Source of the DNA: Alphaproteobacteria bacterium
GTDB lineage: Bacteria; Pseudomonadota; Alphaproteobacteria; UBA828
Reading direction: 5' to 3'
NCBI GenBank assembly: GCA_965214705.1
Contig: CBDCCI010000002.1
Location: forward strand, 2,176,001 to 2,240,000
Length of the DNA stretch: 64,000 bases
Positions 47,647 through 57,315 of this stretch are shown here, piece by piece (the stretch's first letter is position 1; each line of letters opens with the position of its first letter). The position numbers and the translations under genes are program-made. The notes below the pieces were generated by a model, which saw only the letters and a list, made by a program, of their open reading frames with translations, was not told where the DNA came from and searched no databases.

Positions 47647-49215
47647 CTAGTGGTCGTGACCGGCGTGGCCGCCCAGGCTCACCGTGTATTGCAGGATCAC
47701 CTGATCGTCCTCCGCGCCTGACATCAGCGATTCCCGGTTGTATTGCAGGCGCAGCTGCCCGAAGCGGTCGCTGGTCCAGTCGCCCATGACGGCGAGCGCG
47801 CTCGGGTCGTGATCGATGTGCGCCGCGCTTGACGGGCTGAGACGCGCATAGCGCGCGCCGATCCGCCACTGAGGCGCGAACTTGTAGACCGCCTGCGCGT
47901 ACCAGCCGGCGCTCCTGCCGTCGGTCGTCAGCTCGTGCTCCTCCATTGCATCGTCCTCCAGCGTGTAGACGCCGTCGTCCGTCTGCCAGAGGTACTCGCC
48001 CTGGAAGATCAGCTGGCTCTGCCTCGCATTGCCGGTCGGCGCCCAGGCAAAGCGGAAATCGGTCCCAAACAGCGCACGGTCACCGCTGAACACGCCGCTG
48101 GAGAAGAAGTCCGACGGCGCGAAGTCCTCGTCGGCGTGGTCGTGCTCGTCGTCATGATCGTCTTCGTGCTCGTCGGCATGATCGTCGTCGTGGTCGTCGT
48201 CGTGGTCGTCGTCGTGGTCGTCGTCGTGGTCGTCGTCGGCGTGATCGTCTTCGTGCTCGTCGTCGTGGCCGTGCGCGTGGCCGCCGGCGCCGCCCACGAC
48301 CTCTCCGCTCAAGACGGACGCGCCGATTCGCCAAGACGAGTCTTGCCCCATGTCGCCGCCGACCCGCGCATAGGCCGAGAGCGCCCGGCGCCCGTTGTCG
48401 GACCCGCCGAACGGTTGATCGTCGCCGCGGAAGAGACCGCCGCCAATCTCCGTGCGGACGTCACCGGGCAACGCGAGCGAAAGCTGGATGCCGTCGTCGT
48501 TGAAGCCGTTGTCGAGAAAGGCCCGGTAAGGCAAGGGGCGATCGGCGAAGTCGTCCTCGTGCGCGTGGCGCTCGTTGAGGTAGCCGAACGACCACAGCTT
48601 GCGGCCTGCCGTCACGGTGACTGCCTCGAGCAGGTCCGAGCTCGGCAGGGTCTGGACGTAGGCCTCCTCGAGCTCAAGCTCTGCCGGCTCGCCGGGGTGC
48701 GCGCCGATGCCGAGCACGAGACTGGCGCGAGCCGCCGTACCGACATCGCTCGACACGCTCAACTCGCTATGACCGACCGAGAAGCCCTCCGCCGCGCGCT
48801 CGCTCTCGTGGCCGAGTTGGAAGCCTGCAATCTCCGAGTCTTCGGCGGAGTAGGACGTGAACATGCCCCTAAGCACCACGCCGACTTGGGGCTCGAGCAT
48901 GGCCCCGTGGTCGTCGTGCTCAGCCATTCCCTCATCGTGACCGTGGTCGTCGTCCATGTGGTCGTCGTGGCCGTGATCGTCATGGTCGGCCATCTCGCCG
49001 GCGGAGCCGGACTGCAGCGCCCTGACCTGCTCTTCCAGCGCTCTGATGCGCGCCTCGTATTGCTCCCGCAGGGTCGCGATCTCGACGGCAAGGATGGCGG
49101 CCATCGGCGTATCGTCGTCCGACTGAGCTTGTGCCGGAGGCGGTGCCAGGGAGACCGCCATCGCCGCGACCGCAGCGGTCATCGCAGTCGTGCCAAGGAG
49201 CATCTTGTAGCGCAT
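47647..49215 (-). CDS. His/Asp-rich outer-membrane beta-barrel protein, probably a zinc-regulated metal uptake receptor
   Basis: Signal peptide, coiled coil, ELEEAYVQT, YLNERHAHEDDF.DRPL, GWYAQ.VY, LQY...LG.H..H terminus, and long HD tracts. Confidence 0.75.
   Translation of the reverse strand: MRYKMLLGTTAMTAAVAAMAVSLAPPPAQAQSDDDTPMAAILAVEIATLREQYEARIRALEEQVRALQSGSAGEMADHDDHGHDDHMDDDHGHDEGMAEHDDHGAMLEPQVGVVLRGMFTSYSAEDSEIAGFQLGHESERAAEGFSVGHSELSVSSDVGTAARASLVLGIGAHPGEPAELELEEAYVQTLPSSDLLEAVTVTAGRKLWSFGYLNERHAHEDDFADRPLPYRAFLDNGFNDDGIQLSLALPGDVRTEIGGGLFRGDDQPFGGSDNGRRALSAYARVGGDMGQDSSWRIGASVLSGEVVGGAGGHAHGHDDEHEDDHADDDHDDDHDDDHDDDHDDDHADEHEDDHDDEHDHADEDFAPSDFFSSGVFSGDRALFGTDFRFAWAPTGNARQSQLIFQGEYLWQTDDGVYTLEDDAMEEHELTTDGRSAGWYAQAVYKFAPQWRIGARYARLSPSSAAHIDHDPSALAVMGDWTSDRFGQLRLQYNRESLMSGAEDDQVILQYTVSLGGHAGHDH
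48182..48238 (-). repeat. 12-bp in-frame tandem repeat encoding (DDDH)n
   Basis: TCGTCGTCGTGG x4 plus a partial copy on the + strand. Confidence 0.85.
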
Positions 49216-49268
49216 GTCACCACTCCATCGCTGGTGGTTAGGGTCGCTCGAAGGAAGGGCAATCGATA

Positions 49269-49300
49269 TGAAATATTATAACACTACAGAATAACGTTGC
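49269..49300 (-). promoter_or_regulatory. Zur-box-like operator
   Basis: AT-rich GCAACGTTATTCTGTAGTGTTATAATATTTCA on the - strand resembles TGTTAT-N3-ATAACA; about 55 bp upstream of the His-rich receptor gene. Confidence 0.55.
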
Positions 49301-49351
49301 AAGAGTGGCCGTCGACGCAGGCCCCGGCGTCAGTGTCTGGCTTTGTCTTGC

Positions 49352-50008
49352 TCAGTAAGGCGCGCCCGAGAGCGCCATCGCAACGGTATGCTCGATGTCG
49401 GAAATCGCGTTCGCCAGCTCGCGGCCGATCAGGTCCATCTTTCGCAACTGATCGATGCGCGGGCGGCACTGCTCCATGTCCTTGCTGGGGAAGATCTCGT
49501 CCAGAATATCGCAGGCATCCACCAGGCCGATCAGGGCGACATCCCGGGGATCGGGAATATCTTCGGAGAACAGCACCTCCCCGATCCGCAGCTTGACCTC
49601 CTGCTCCACGTTGCCGTCGATCGTGGGATAGCGGCGCGTGCGGAACGCCCACATCACCCTTTCTTCGCGCACCTGCACGATGCCGCGCGCGACGAGGCTC
49701 TCCAGCGCCTGCTCGCGAATGGCGGGCGCGTCTTCGACCGAGAGCACCCTGATCCAGGTCCGCGTATCCGACTCGCTCCCCTGTGCCGCGATCTTCGCGA
49801 GCGTGTCGTCGAGCATGGGGTTGCCGGTCGGCGTCGGATCGTTAACCACGAGTGCCTTCGGGTCGGTGTCGATGCGATAGGCGAACGCCAGGTCCATCAG
49901 CACGGCGCCCCCGATGGCACACCCGAGGTTGGCGTTCGGGATCGGCACAAACGTGCCGTCGTCGTCGTCCAGCAGCAGAAGCAGAATTTCTTCGGTGAAG
50001 GTCAGCAT
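49352..50008 (-). CDS. GPP34/GOLPH3 family phosphoprotein
   Basis: LTFTEEILLLLLDDDDG, GAVLMDLA...RI, TRRYP, PDPRDVALI. Confidence 0.8.
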   Translation of the reverse strand: MLTFTEEILLLLLDDDDGTFVPIPNANLGCAIGGAVLMDLAFAYRIDTDPKALVVNDPTPTGNPMLDDTLAKIAAQGSESDTRTWIRVLSVEDAPAIREQALESLVARGIVQVREERVMWAFRTRRYPTIDGNVEQEVKLRIGEVLFSEDIPDPRDVALIGLVDACDILDEIFPSKDMEQCRPRIDQLRKMDLIGRELANAISDIEHTVAMALSGAPY

Positions 50009-50132
50009 GTTGAAATCCAGTCGGGTCGTCGCGGCGAATGTCGATACGATCAATGGACGCGGCACACGGGTCTGTCAACGGCCACCCCGCGCTGTCGCAT
50101 CGAGCAGAAGGCCTCGCTAAAGCCGAACGGCA

Positions 50133-51344
50133 TCAGATGCAGGGGCGGCGGTCGGTTGCGATCAGGCCCGCCACGAGGCCGAGGCCGGCGCCCGAGACCG
50201 CGAGCATCACCCACCAGGAGGCAGCCCAACTGCCGAGACCCTCGACCGCAGCGGCCATCACCGGAGGGCCGAGCAGGCTGCCGATCGCCGCACCCTGCAC
50301 CACGAAGCCGCTCGCCATGGCGACGAAGGCGGCGCGCGGCGCATGGGCAGCGGCACCCGCGATCGCCGCCGCCGGCAGCAGGCCGCCGACGCCGCTGAAC
50401 ACGAAGGCCAGCACGATCTTGAGATCGCCAGGCGTGCCGGAGAGAAAGACCCCGGCGGAAGAGCCGCCCATGGCGCAGTAGGCGATCCCGATCAGCAGCC
50501 AGCGCGGCACCCGCCGGTGCATCAGCCAAGCGGCGGCGAAGTTGCCGAGGGCGTTGGCCGCCACCACCATGGCGCCCCAGATCGCCGCGCCGGCCGCGCT
50601 GCGCCCCTGCGTCTCGATCAGGAAGGTGGGCAGCCAAGCCGTGATGGCGAACCACTGCAGCGTGTAGAAGGCGAACGAGAGGCCGAAGAGCCAGAGCGCA
50701 GCCCGTGCCAGGGTCTCCCCCACGCCGCGCCAATCCAGCGCCTGGGCGTCGAAAGCGACCGGCCAGCGCCTGGGGTGCAGGCTCCAGCCGAGCGCTGCCA
50801 TGAAGAGCGCGACCAGCGCCGCGCTCACCAGCCAGAAGCCCCGCCAGCCGATGGCATCGAGCAGCGCCGGCGCGATGAGCATGGCGATTGCCATGCCGAG
50901 CGGCATGTAGGCGCCCCAGATGCCGAAGGCGAGGCCGTAGTCGCGGGGCCGCGCCGCCGAGGCGATCAGCTTGGGCGCGGTCACCGTGACGCCCACGAAC
51001 CCAAAACCCTCGATGAAGCGCGCGACCAGCAGCCAGGCGCTGCCGCTCACCAGCCCGCCCATCAGGCTGCCCGCACCGAGGAAGGCCACACCCGCCAGCA
51101 TCAGCCGGCGCGGGCCGGCGCGGTCGGAGAGCAGCCCGACCGCGACGCCGACGGCGGCGCCGATCGCATAGTAGATCGAGGTGAGCCAGCCTGCGGTGAC
51201 GAGATCGAGACCCAGGGTCTCGCGCAGCACCGGCAGGGCCGGCGGCACCTTGCCGACCTGAAAGCCGGCGAGGATGCCGGCGCCCAGGGCCATCAGCACG
51301 ATGTCCCATCGGGTCACCGTCGCGTGTGCTGGTTCCTGACTCAT
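50133..51344 (-). CDS. MFS transporter (CynX/NimT-like)
   Basis: About 12 hydrophobic segments; GLLSDRAGPRR motif A; GKVPPALP. Confidence 0.85.
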   Translation of the reverse strand: MSQEPAHATVTRWDIVLMALGAGILAGFQVGKVPPALPVLRETLGLDLVTAGWLTSIYYAIGAAVGVAVGLLSDRAGPRRLMLAGVAFLGAGSLMGGLVSGSAWLLVARFIEGFGFVGVTVTAPKLIASAARPRDYGLAFGIWGAYMPLGMAIAMLIAPALLDAIGWRGFWLVSAALVALFMAALGWSLHPRRWPVAFDAQALDWRGVGETLARAALWLFGLSFAFYTLQWFAITAWLPTFLIETQGRSAAGAAIWGAMVVAANALGNFAAAWLMHRRVPRWLLIGIAYCAMGGSSAGVFLSGTPGDLKIVLAFVFSGVGGLLPAAAIAGAAAHAPRAAFVAMASGFVVQGAAIGSLLGPPVMAAAVEGLGSWAASWWVMLAVSGAGLGLVAGLIATDRRPCI

Positions 51345-51362
51345 GACGGTGGCGGCGCGTCG

Positions 51363-52517
51363 TCACCCCGTCGTCGCGTCCCGCACCGCGCGTGCGATAC
51401 GCATGGCCGTCGCATCGCCGAGGTCAGCATGCATCGGCAGGCACAGCACCTGCCGGCTCAGGCGCTCACTCACCGGCAGCGAGCTGGGGCCCTCGCCGTA
51501 ATCACGATAGGCCGGTTGCAGGTGCATCGGCACCGGGTAGTGGATTGCGGTCGGGATCCCCTGCTCCGCCAGCGCCGCCTGAACCGCATCGCGCGCTTCC
51601 AGCCGGACGGTGTACTGCGCCCAGGTCGAGCGCCGCCCCGGCAGTCGTCCCGGCAGCCCGACCGCCCCAGCCAGCACAGAATCGTATGCTCTAGCGACCC
51701 GTTCCCGCGCGTCGATCTCGGCATCGAAGGCGGCGAGCTTGACCAGAAGCACCGCCGCCTGAAGGGTATCGAGGCGGCTGTTGAGGCCGACCCGAACGAT
51801 GTCGTACTTGCCCTCGCCCTGGCCGTGTTGGCGGATCGAGCGCCAGCGCGCCGCCCGCGCCGCATCGTCGGTGAAGAGCGCGCCGCCATCGCCATAGCCG
51901 CCGAGGGGCTTGGCCGGATAGAAGCTGGTGGTGGTGGCCGGGGCCAGCGCGCCCACCGGCCGGCCACCGCTCGCTCCCCCAAAGCTTTGGGCCGCGTCGT
52001 CGATCAGCAGCAGGCCCCGCTCGGCGGTGAGCGGCGCGAGCGCGTCGTAGTCCGCCGCCTGGCCGAACAGGTCCGCCGCGATCACCGCCCTGGGCGCGAG
52101 CCGACCCTCCGCCGCCACGCGGTCGATGCGCGCCGCAAGGTCGGCGGGGTCCATCATGCAGCTCTCCTCCGCCACGTCGACGAAGATCGGCGTCGCTCCT
52201 ACCAGGGCCACCACGCCCGCCGTCGCGGGAAAGGTGAAACCGGGGACGAAGACCGCATCGCCCGGCCCGATGCCCTCAGCCATCAACGCGATCTGGAGGG
52301 CGTCGGTGCCGCTCGCGCAGGTGACCGCGTGGGCGACGCCGGCGCGCGCGGCGAGCGCCGTTTCCAGCTCCGCCACCGCCGGGCCCAGGACGAAACGGCC
52401 GTCTTCGAGCACCCGCGCGATGGCGGCGTCGATATCGGCCTTGAGGCGCCGGTACTGCGCATCCAGGTCGATGAAGGCGATGGGGTCGCGACTGGCATCG
52501 TGATCGGCGGGTAACAT
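51363..52517 (-). CDS. DegT/DnrJ/EryC1/StrS family PLP aminotransferase
   Basis: FIDLDAQY, SGTDAL, DDAAQSFG, SFYPAKPLGGYGDGG, NSRLDTLQAA. Confidence 0.92.
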   Translation of the reverse strand: MLPADHDASRDPIAFIDLDAQYRRLKADIDAAIARVLEDGRFVLGPAVAELETALAARAGVAHAVTCASGTDALQIALMAEGIGPGDAVFVPGFTFPATAGVVALVGATPIFVDVAEESCMMDPADLAARIDRVAAEGRLAPRAVIAADLFGQAADYDALAPLTAERGLLLIDDAAQSFGGASGGRPVGALAPATTTSFYPAKPLGGYGDGGALFTDDAARAARWRSIRQHGQGEGKYDIVRVGLNSRLDTLQAAVLLVKLAAFDAEIDARERVARAYDSVLAGAVGLPGRLPGRRSTWAQYTVRLEARDAVQAALAEQGIPTAIHYPVPMHLQPAYRDYGEGPSSLPVSERLSRQVLCLPMHADLGDATAMRIARAVRDATTG

Positions 52518-52724
52518 GCGGCTCCGTCTTTGTCGGTCGTGTCGGGAGACGCCGCGGCGGTCGCAGCCTCGGCATCGTGGGCGGTGCGCCGGTGCGCGTC
52601 GCACTCCCAATGAGGGCAGGGTTCAGGGCGCCGCATTGCATCGGCACCGGCTTGTCGTTACCCTTTTATATCACCGCGATACGTCAGGTTCATGGACGAA
52701 CGGGCGGCGAACCGGCGATTTCTC

Positions 52725-54389
52725 ATGGCGGCGAGACTACCCATCGGCAGCGCCGAGGCGCAGAGCGAGCCGGCCTCCAAGGCCGGGCGTCTGCGCGCCC
52801 TGCTGCAGGCCCCTGCGCTCTCCTTCATCATGGAGGCGCATAACGGCCTCTCCGCCAAGATCGTGGAAGAGGCCGGATTCGAGGGCATCTGGGCCTCGGG
52901 CCTCTCCATGTCCGCAGCGCTCGGCGTGCGCGACAACAACGAGGCCTCCTGGACCCAGGTCCTGGAGGTGCTGGAGTTCATGGCCGACGCCACCACGATC
53001 CCCATCCTGGTGGACGGCGACACCGGCTACGGCAACTTCAACAACGTCCGCCGCCTGGTGCGGAAGCTCTGCCAGCGCGGCATCGGCGGGGTCTGCATCG
53101 AGGACAAGCTGTTCCCCAAGACCAACTCCTTCATCGGTGAGAACCAGCCGCTGGCGGATGTCGAGGAATTCTGCGGCCGCATCAAGGCGGGCAAGGACAG
53201 CCAGAGCGACGACGACTTCCAGCTCGTCGCCCGCGTCGAGGCGCTGATCGCCGGCTGGGGCATGGAGGAGGCGCTGCGCCGCGCCGAGGCCTACCATGAG
53301 GCCGGCGCCGACGCGGTGCTGATCCACTCCAAGAAGGCGACTGCCGACGAGATCACCGGCTTCTGCGAATCCTGGGGCGGCCGTGCGCCGGTGGTGATCG
53401 TGCCGACCATGTATCACCGCACGCCGACGCAGACCTTCCGCGACGCCGGCGTCTCCATGGTGATCTGGGCGAACCACAACATGCGGGCCGCGGTGTCCGC
53501 CATGCGCTCGGTGTGTCAGGCCATCAAGGAGAGCGAATCGCTCGTCGCCGTCGAGGAAGAGATCGCGCCGGTGCGGGAGGTGTTCGCGCTCACCGGCCAG
53601 GAGGAGCTTGCCGCGGCCGAGGCCCGTTACCTCGCCGCCGCCGGCGGCCCCCGCGCCATCCTGCTCGCGGCCTCGCGCGGCGAGGAGCTCGGCCCGCTCA
53701 CCGAGCGGCGCCCGAAGTGCATGATCGACGTGCGCGGCGAGCCCCTGCTTCAACGCCTGGTCCGAACGCTGACCGGGAGCGGCCTGCGCGACGTGACCGT
53801 GGTGCGCGGCTACCGCAAGGAGGCGATCGATCTCGCCGGCATCGAGTCGGTGGACAACGACCGCTACGACGAGACCGGCGAGGCCGCCTCCCTCGCCTGC
53901 GCCCACAACCGGCTTTACGGGCCGTGCCTGGTCTCCTACGGCGACATCCTGTTTCGCCGGCACGTGCTTGACGGGCTTCTCGCCGCCGAAGGCGACATCG
54001 TGACGGTGGTCGATGCCCGGCGGCGCAGCGACAGTGCCCGCTCACCCGACCGCGCGGTCGACTGGGTGCGCTGCTCGCGCCCCTTCACCGGCAGCTACCT
54101 CGACGACGAGCGCGTGACGCTGGAGGCGATCGGGAGCGATGCGGCGGAGCCTGAGTCCGCCCACGGCGAGTTCATCGGCCTCACCAAGCTGAGCGAGCAC
54201 GGCGCCACCCTGGTGCGGGGCGCGCTGGATGCCATGAGCAAGGACGGCAGCCTCGATTCCGCCGACCTGCCGGAGCTCCTGGCCCGCCTCGTCGCCCAGG
54301 GCGCGGCCATCGACGTGCTCTACGTCACCGGCCACTGGCTCGACGTGGACGACGCCTTCGACCTCGCGTCCCTGCGCAACCTAGTCTAG
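52725..54389 (+). CDS. aepX: Phosphoenolpyruvate mutase fused to a C-terminal nucleotidyltransferase domain
   Basis: [15 protein letters not shown], diagnostic [10 protein letters not shown]; C-terminal LAASRG...PKCM, YGDILF. Confidence 0.92.
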   Translation: MAARLPIGSAEAQSEPASKAGRLRALLQAPALSFIMEAHNGLSAKIVEEAGFEGIWASGLSMSAALGVRDNNEASWTQVLEVLEFMADATTIPILVDGDTGYGNFNNVRRLVRKLCQRGIGGVCIEDKLFPKTNSFIGENQPLADVEEFCGRIKAGKDSQSDDDFQLVARVEALIAGWGMEEALRRAEAYHEAGADAVLIHSKKATADEITGFCESWGGRAPVVIVPTMYHRTPTQTFRDAGVSMVIWANHNMRAAVSAMRSVCQAIKESESLVAVEEEIAPVREVFALTGQEELAAAEARYLAAAGGPRAILLAASRGEELGPLTERRPKCMIDVRGEPLLQRLVRTLTGSGLRDVTVVRGYRKEAIDLAGIESVDNDRYDETGEAASLACAHNRLYGPCLVSYGDILFRRHVLDGLLAAEGDIVTVVDARRRSDSARSPDRAVDWVRCSRPFTGSYLDDERVTLEAIGSDAAEPESAHGEFIGLTKLSEHGATLVRGALDAMSKDGSLDSADLPELLARLVAQGAAIDVLYVTGHWLDVDDAFDLASLRNLV

Positions 54390-54490
54390 CGGCTCTTCTA
54401 CCCTCCCCAGGCCCGTAGCCCATCGAGACGCCGGGCCTGCAGGTGTTCACGAGGGTTGCGCCGCGCGCCGATACCGGAGAAAGAAGGGCC

Positions 54491-55327
54491 ATGCCCAAAG
54501 TGCTGACAGAGTCTGCGGTCGCGCAGTACGGACGGGACGGCTATTGCGCGCCGTTCGGCCTGCTCGAGCCGGAGGAAGCGGCCGCGATGCGCGGCGCGCT
54601 GGAGCGGTTGGAGGCGGAACGCGGAGGGCCTCGCAAGGACGCATTTCGCATCAAGGGCCACCTGCTCCTGCGCTGGATGACGGACTTGGTCCGCAATCCC
54701 CGCCTGCTCGATGCGGTGGAGGACCTCATCGGCCCCGACATCCTGTGCTGGACCAGCCAGTGGTGGATCAAGGAGCCGCGCTCGCCCCAGTACGTCTCCT
54801 GGCATCAGGACAGCAACTACTGGGGCCTGGATACGGACCACCTGGTCAGCGCCTGGATCGCCCTCTCGCCGGCGACGGTGGCGAGCGGCTGCATGCGCTT
54901 CATGCCCGGCAGCCACCGCGGCCCCAGGCTGCCGCACCGCGAGACCTGGCACGACGACAACATGCTCTCCCGCGGCCAGGAGATCAGCGCGGGGATCGAC
55001 GAAGCCCGTGCCGTCAACATGGAAGTCGCCACCGGTGAGGCGGCGCTCTTCTCGTACCGCCTCGCGCATGCCTCTCACCCCAATCGCAGCGACGACCGAC
55101 GCATTGGCATCGCCATTCGCTACATGCCGCCCGACACGCGTCAGACCCTGGCCGACTGGGACAGCGCGACCCTGGTCAGAGGCGAGGATCGGTTCGGCTA
55201 CTTCGAGCACGAGCCGACGCCGGCCTGCGACTTCGATCCGGTCGCGGTCGCGTGCCACAAGCGCACGGAACTCAATCACCGCCGTATCGTCTACCACGGC
55301 TCGGTCCGGACGGAGCACCGTATCTAG
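54491..55327 (+). CDS. Phytanoyl-CoA dioxygenase (PhyH) family Fe(II)/2OG oxygenase
   Basis: WHQD (HxD), AWIAL, GCMRFMPGSH, HAS.PN.S..RR. Confidence 0.88.
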   Translation: MPKVLTESAVAQYGRDGYCAPFGLLEPEEAAAMRGALERLEAERGGPRKDAFRIKGHLLLRWMTDLVRNPRLLDAVEDLIGPDILCWTSQWWIKEPRSPQYVSWHQDSNYWGLDTDHLVSAWIALSPATVASGCMRFMPGSHRGPRLPHRETWHDDNMLSRGQEISAGIDEARAVNMEVATGEAALFSYRLAHASHPNRSDDRRIGIAIRYMPPDTRQTLADWDSATLVRGEDRFGYFEHEPTPACDFDPVAVACHKRTELNHRRIVYHGSVRTEHRI

Positions 55328-55467
55328 CCCGCACGATCCAACGTTAGCCCGCCGAATCCCGGTTCCGGTCAGCGCGCAGCCGGCCTGCCGATGGACGGCA
55401 GCGCGTGAATTTGGCACTCTCGCTGGCGCCCGGCCGAGCCCGCGCCGGGCCTTCGGGAATTGCCGCC

Positions 55468-57315
55468 ATGGAAGACCTGCCCTACTCCGAATCGGACACG
55501 ATCACCGTCGGCGGCGATGCCATGTCGGCCGCAGCGCCGGACTTCGACCCGATGCTGCTCTCGGTGCTCTCCAGCCGCTTCGGCGCGATCCTGCGCGAGA
55601 TGAGCAACGGCGTGCTGCGCGCGAGCAAGTCGGGCGTCATCAAGATCGCGCGCGACATGTCCTGCGCCATCCTCACCTACGACCACCGGCTGGTCTGCAT
55701 CGAGGAGTGTATCCCCGTGCACGCGGCAGCCATCGACCTCACCACCCGGCCGCTCACCGAGCTCTTCGACGACATCGAGGAGGGCGACGCCTTCCTCAAC
55801 AACTGCCCGTACACCGGCGTCACCCACCACGCGGACCTCACGCTCTGCGTGCCCGTCTTCTTCGACGGCAAGCCACTCTTCTGGACCGTCTCGCGCGCCC
55901 ACCACGCCGATGTCGGCGCGCCGATCCCGTCCACCTACCTGCCCTACGCCAAGACCATCTTCGAGGAAGGCCTGCACTTCCCCGGCGTGCGGGTGGAGCG
56001 GGGCTACAAGGAAATCCGCGACATCATCCGCATGGCCAAGATCAAGGTGCGGGTGCCCGACCTCTGGTACGGCGACTATCTGGCGCAGGTGGGCGCCTGC
56101 CGCACCGCCGAGCGCCGGATCAAGGAGCTGGTGGAGAAGTACGGGCCGGAGACCATCGCCGCGTTCGTCGAGGCCTGGATGGCCTACGGCGAGCGCCGCG
56201 CCGCCGCCGCCATCCGGACGCTGCCGGCGGGCACCTGGTCCTACGAGAACCGGCACGACCCACTGCCGGGCGTCGCCGACGAGGGCATTCCGGTCCGGGC
56301 GCAGGTGACGGTCGACCCCGACGCGGCGACAATCACGGTGGACGTGCGCGACAATATCGATTGCATCCCCGGCGGGCTGAACCTGAGCGAGACCTGCTCC
56401 ATCGCCGCCTGCCGCGCCGGCGTCTTCTACAACATCGACCACACCATCCCGCACAACGAGGGCAGCGCGCGGCGCATCCGGGTGCTGCTGCGCGATGGCT
56501 GCATCGTCGGCCGGCCGCGCTATCCGGTCGGCACCTCGGTCGCCACCACCAACGTCACCGACCGGCTGGTCAACGCGGTCTCCTGCTGCTTCGCCCAGAT
56601 CGGGCCGACGCACGGCATGGCCGAGGGCGGCTACCAACAGGCCCTGGGTCTCGCCGTGATCTCGGGCGAAGATCCGCGCCGCGACGGCCAGACCTACGTC
56701 AACCAGATGTTCATCGGCTTCGGCGGCGGGCCGGGGCTGCCGGGGCACGACGGCTGGGTTACCTTCGGCGGCCCGGTTGATGGCGGCATGCAGATCCTCT
56801 CCCCCACCGAGGTGGACGAGAGCATGTTCCCCATCCACTTCGAGTGCCGGGAGCTCGCCATCGACACCTTGGGCCACGGCGAGTGGGACGGCGCGCCCGG
56901 CACGCTCGCCGTCTACGGCCCCGTCGCGGGCGAGATGACCGCGGTCTATTGCAGCGACGGCGACACCTACCCGTCCAAGGGCGTGCGCGGCGGCAGCGAC
57001 GGCACGCCCTCGGTCAACCAGAAGCGCGGCGCCGATGGCGCCCTCGTCACCCTCCCCTCCTTCCACGAGGAGCGCTGCGCGCCCGGCGAGATGTTCCGCT
57101 TCGTCACCACCGCCGGCGGCGGCTACGGCGATCCCGCCCGGCGCGATCCGGCGGCGGTCGCGCGCGCGGTGGACAACGGCTGGCTCAGCCCGGAGAAGGC
57201 GGAGGATGTCTACGCCGTCTCGCTCGGCCTCGCCGCCGACGGCATCCGGCACGAGGTGGACCCGGGCGAGACCGCGCGGCTGCGGCAGGCGCGCAACGGC
57301 GGGGCCGAGACCTAG
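55468..57315 (+). CDS. Hydantoinase B/oxoprolinase family protein
   Basis: RASKS.VI...RDMSCAI, FLNNCPYTG..HHAD, AHHADVG, GGGYGDP. Confidence 0.9.
   Translation: MEDLPYSESDTITVGGDAMSAAAPDFDPMLLSVLSSRFGAILREMSNGVLRASKSGVIKIARDMSCAILTYDHRLVCIEECIPVHAAAIDLTTRPLTELFDDIEEGDAFLNNCPYTGVTHHADLTLCVPVFFDGKPLFWTVSRAHHADVGAPIPSTYLPYAKTIFEEGLHFPGVRVERGYKEIRDIIRMAKIKVRVPDLWYGDYLAQVGACRTAERRIKELVEKYGPETIAAFVEAWMAYGERRAAAAIRTLPAGTWSYENRHDPLPGVADEGIPVRAQVTVDPDAATITVDVRDNIDCIPGGLNLSETCSIAACRAGVFYNIDHTIPHNEGSARRIRVLLRDGCIVGRPRYPVGTSVATTNVTDRLVNAVSCCFAQIGPTHGMAEGGYQQALGLAVISGEDPRRDGQTYVNQMFIGFGGGPGLPGHDGWVTFGGPVDGGMQILSPTEVDESMFPIHFECRELAIDTLGHGEWDGAPGTLAVYGPVAGEMTAVYCSDGDTYPSKGVRGGSDGTPSVNQKRGADGALVTLPSFHEERCAPGEMFRFVTTAGGGYGDPARRDPAAVARAVDNGWLSPEKAEDVYAVSLGLAADGIRHEVDPGETARLRQARNGGAET

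Noticed and set aside
48182-48238. Tandem repeats as a CRISPR array
   Set aside because: 12-bp coding repeats without spacers. No CRISPR array, tRNA or rRNA was recognised anywhere in the window.
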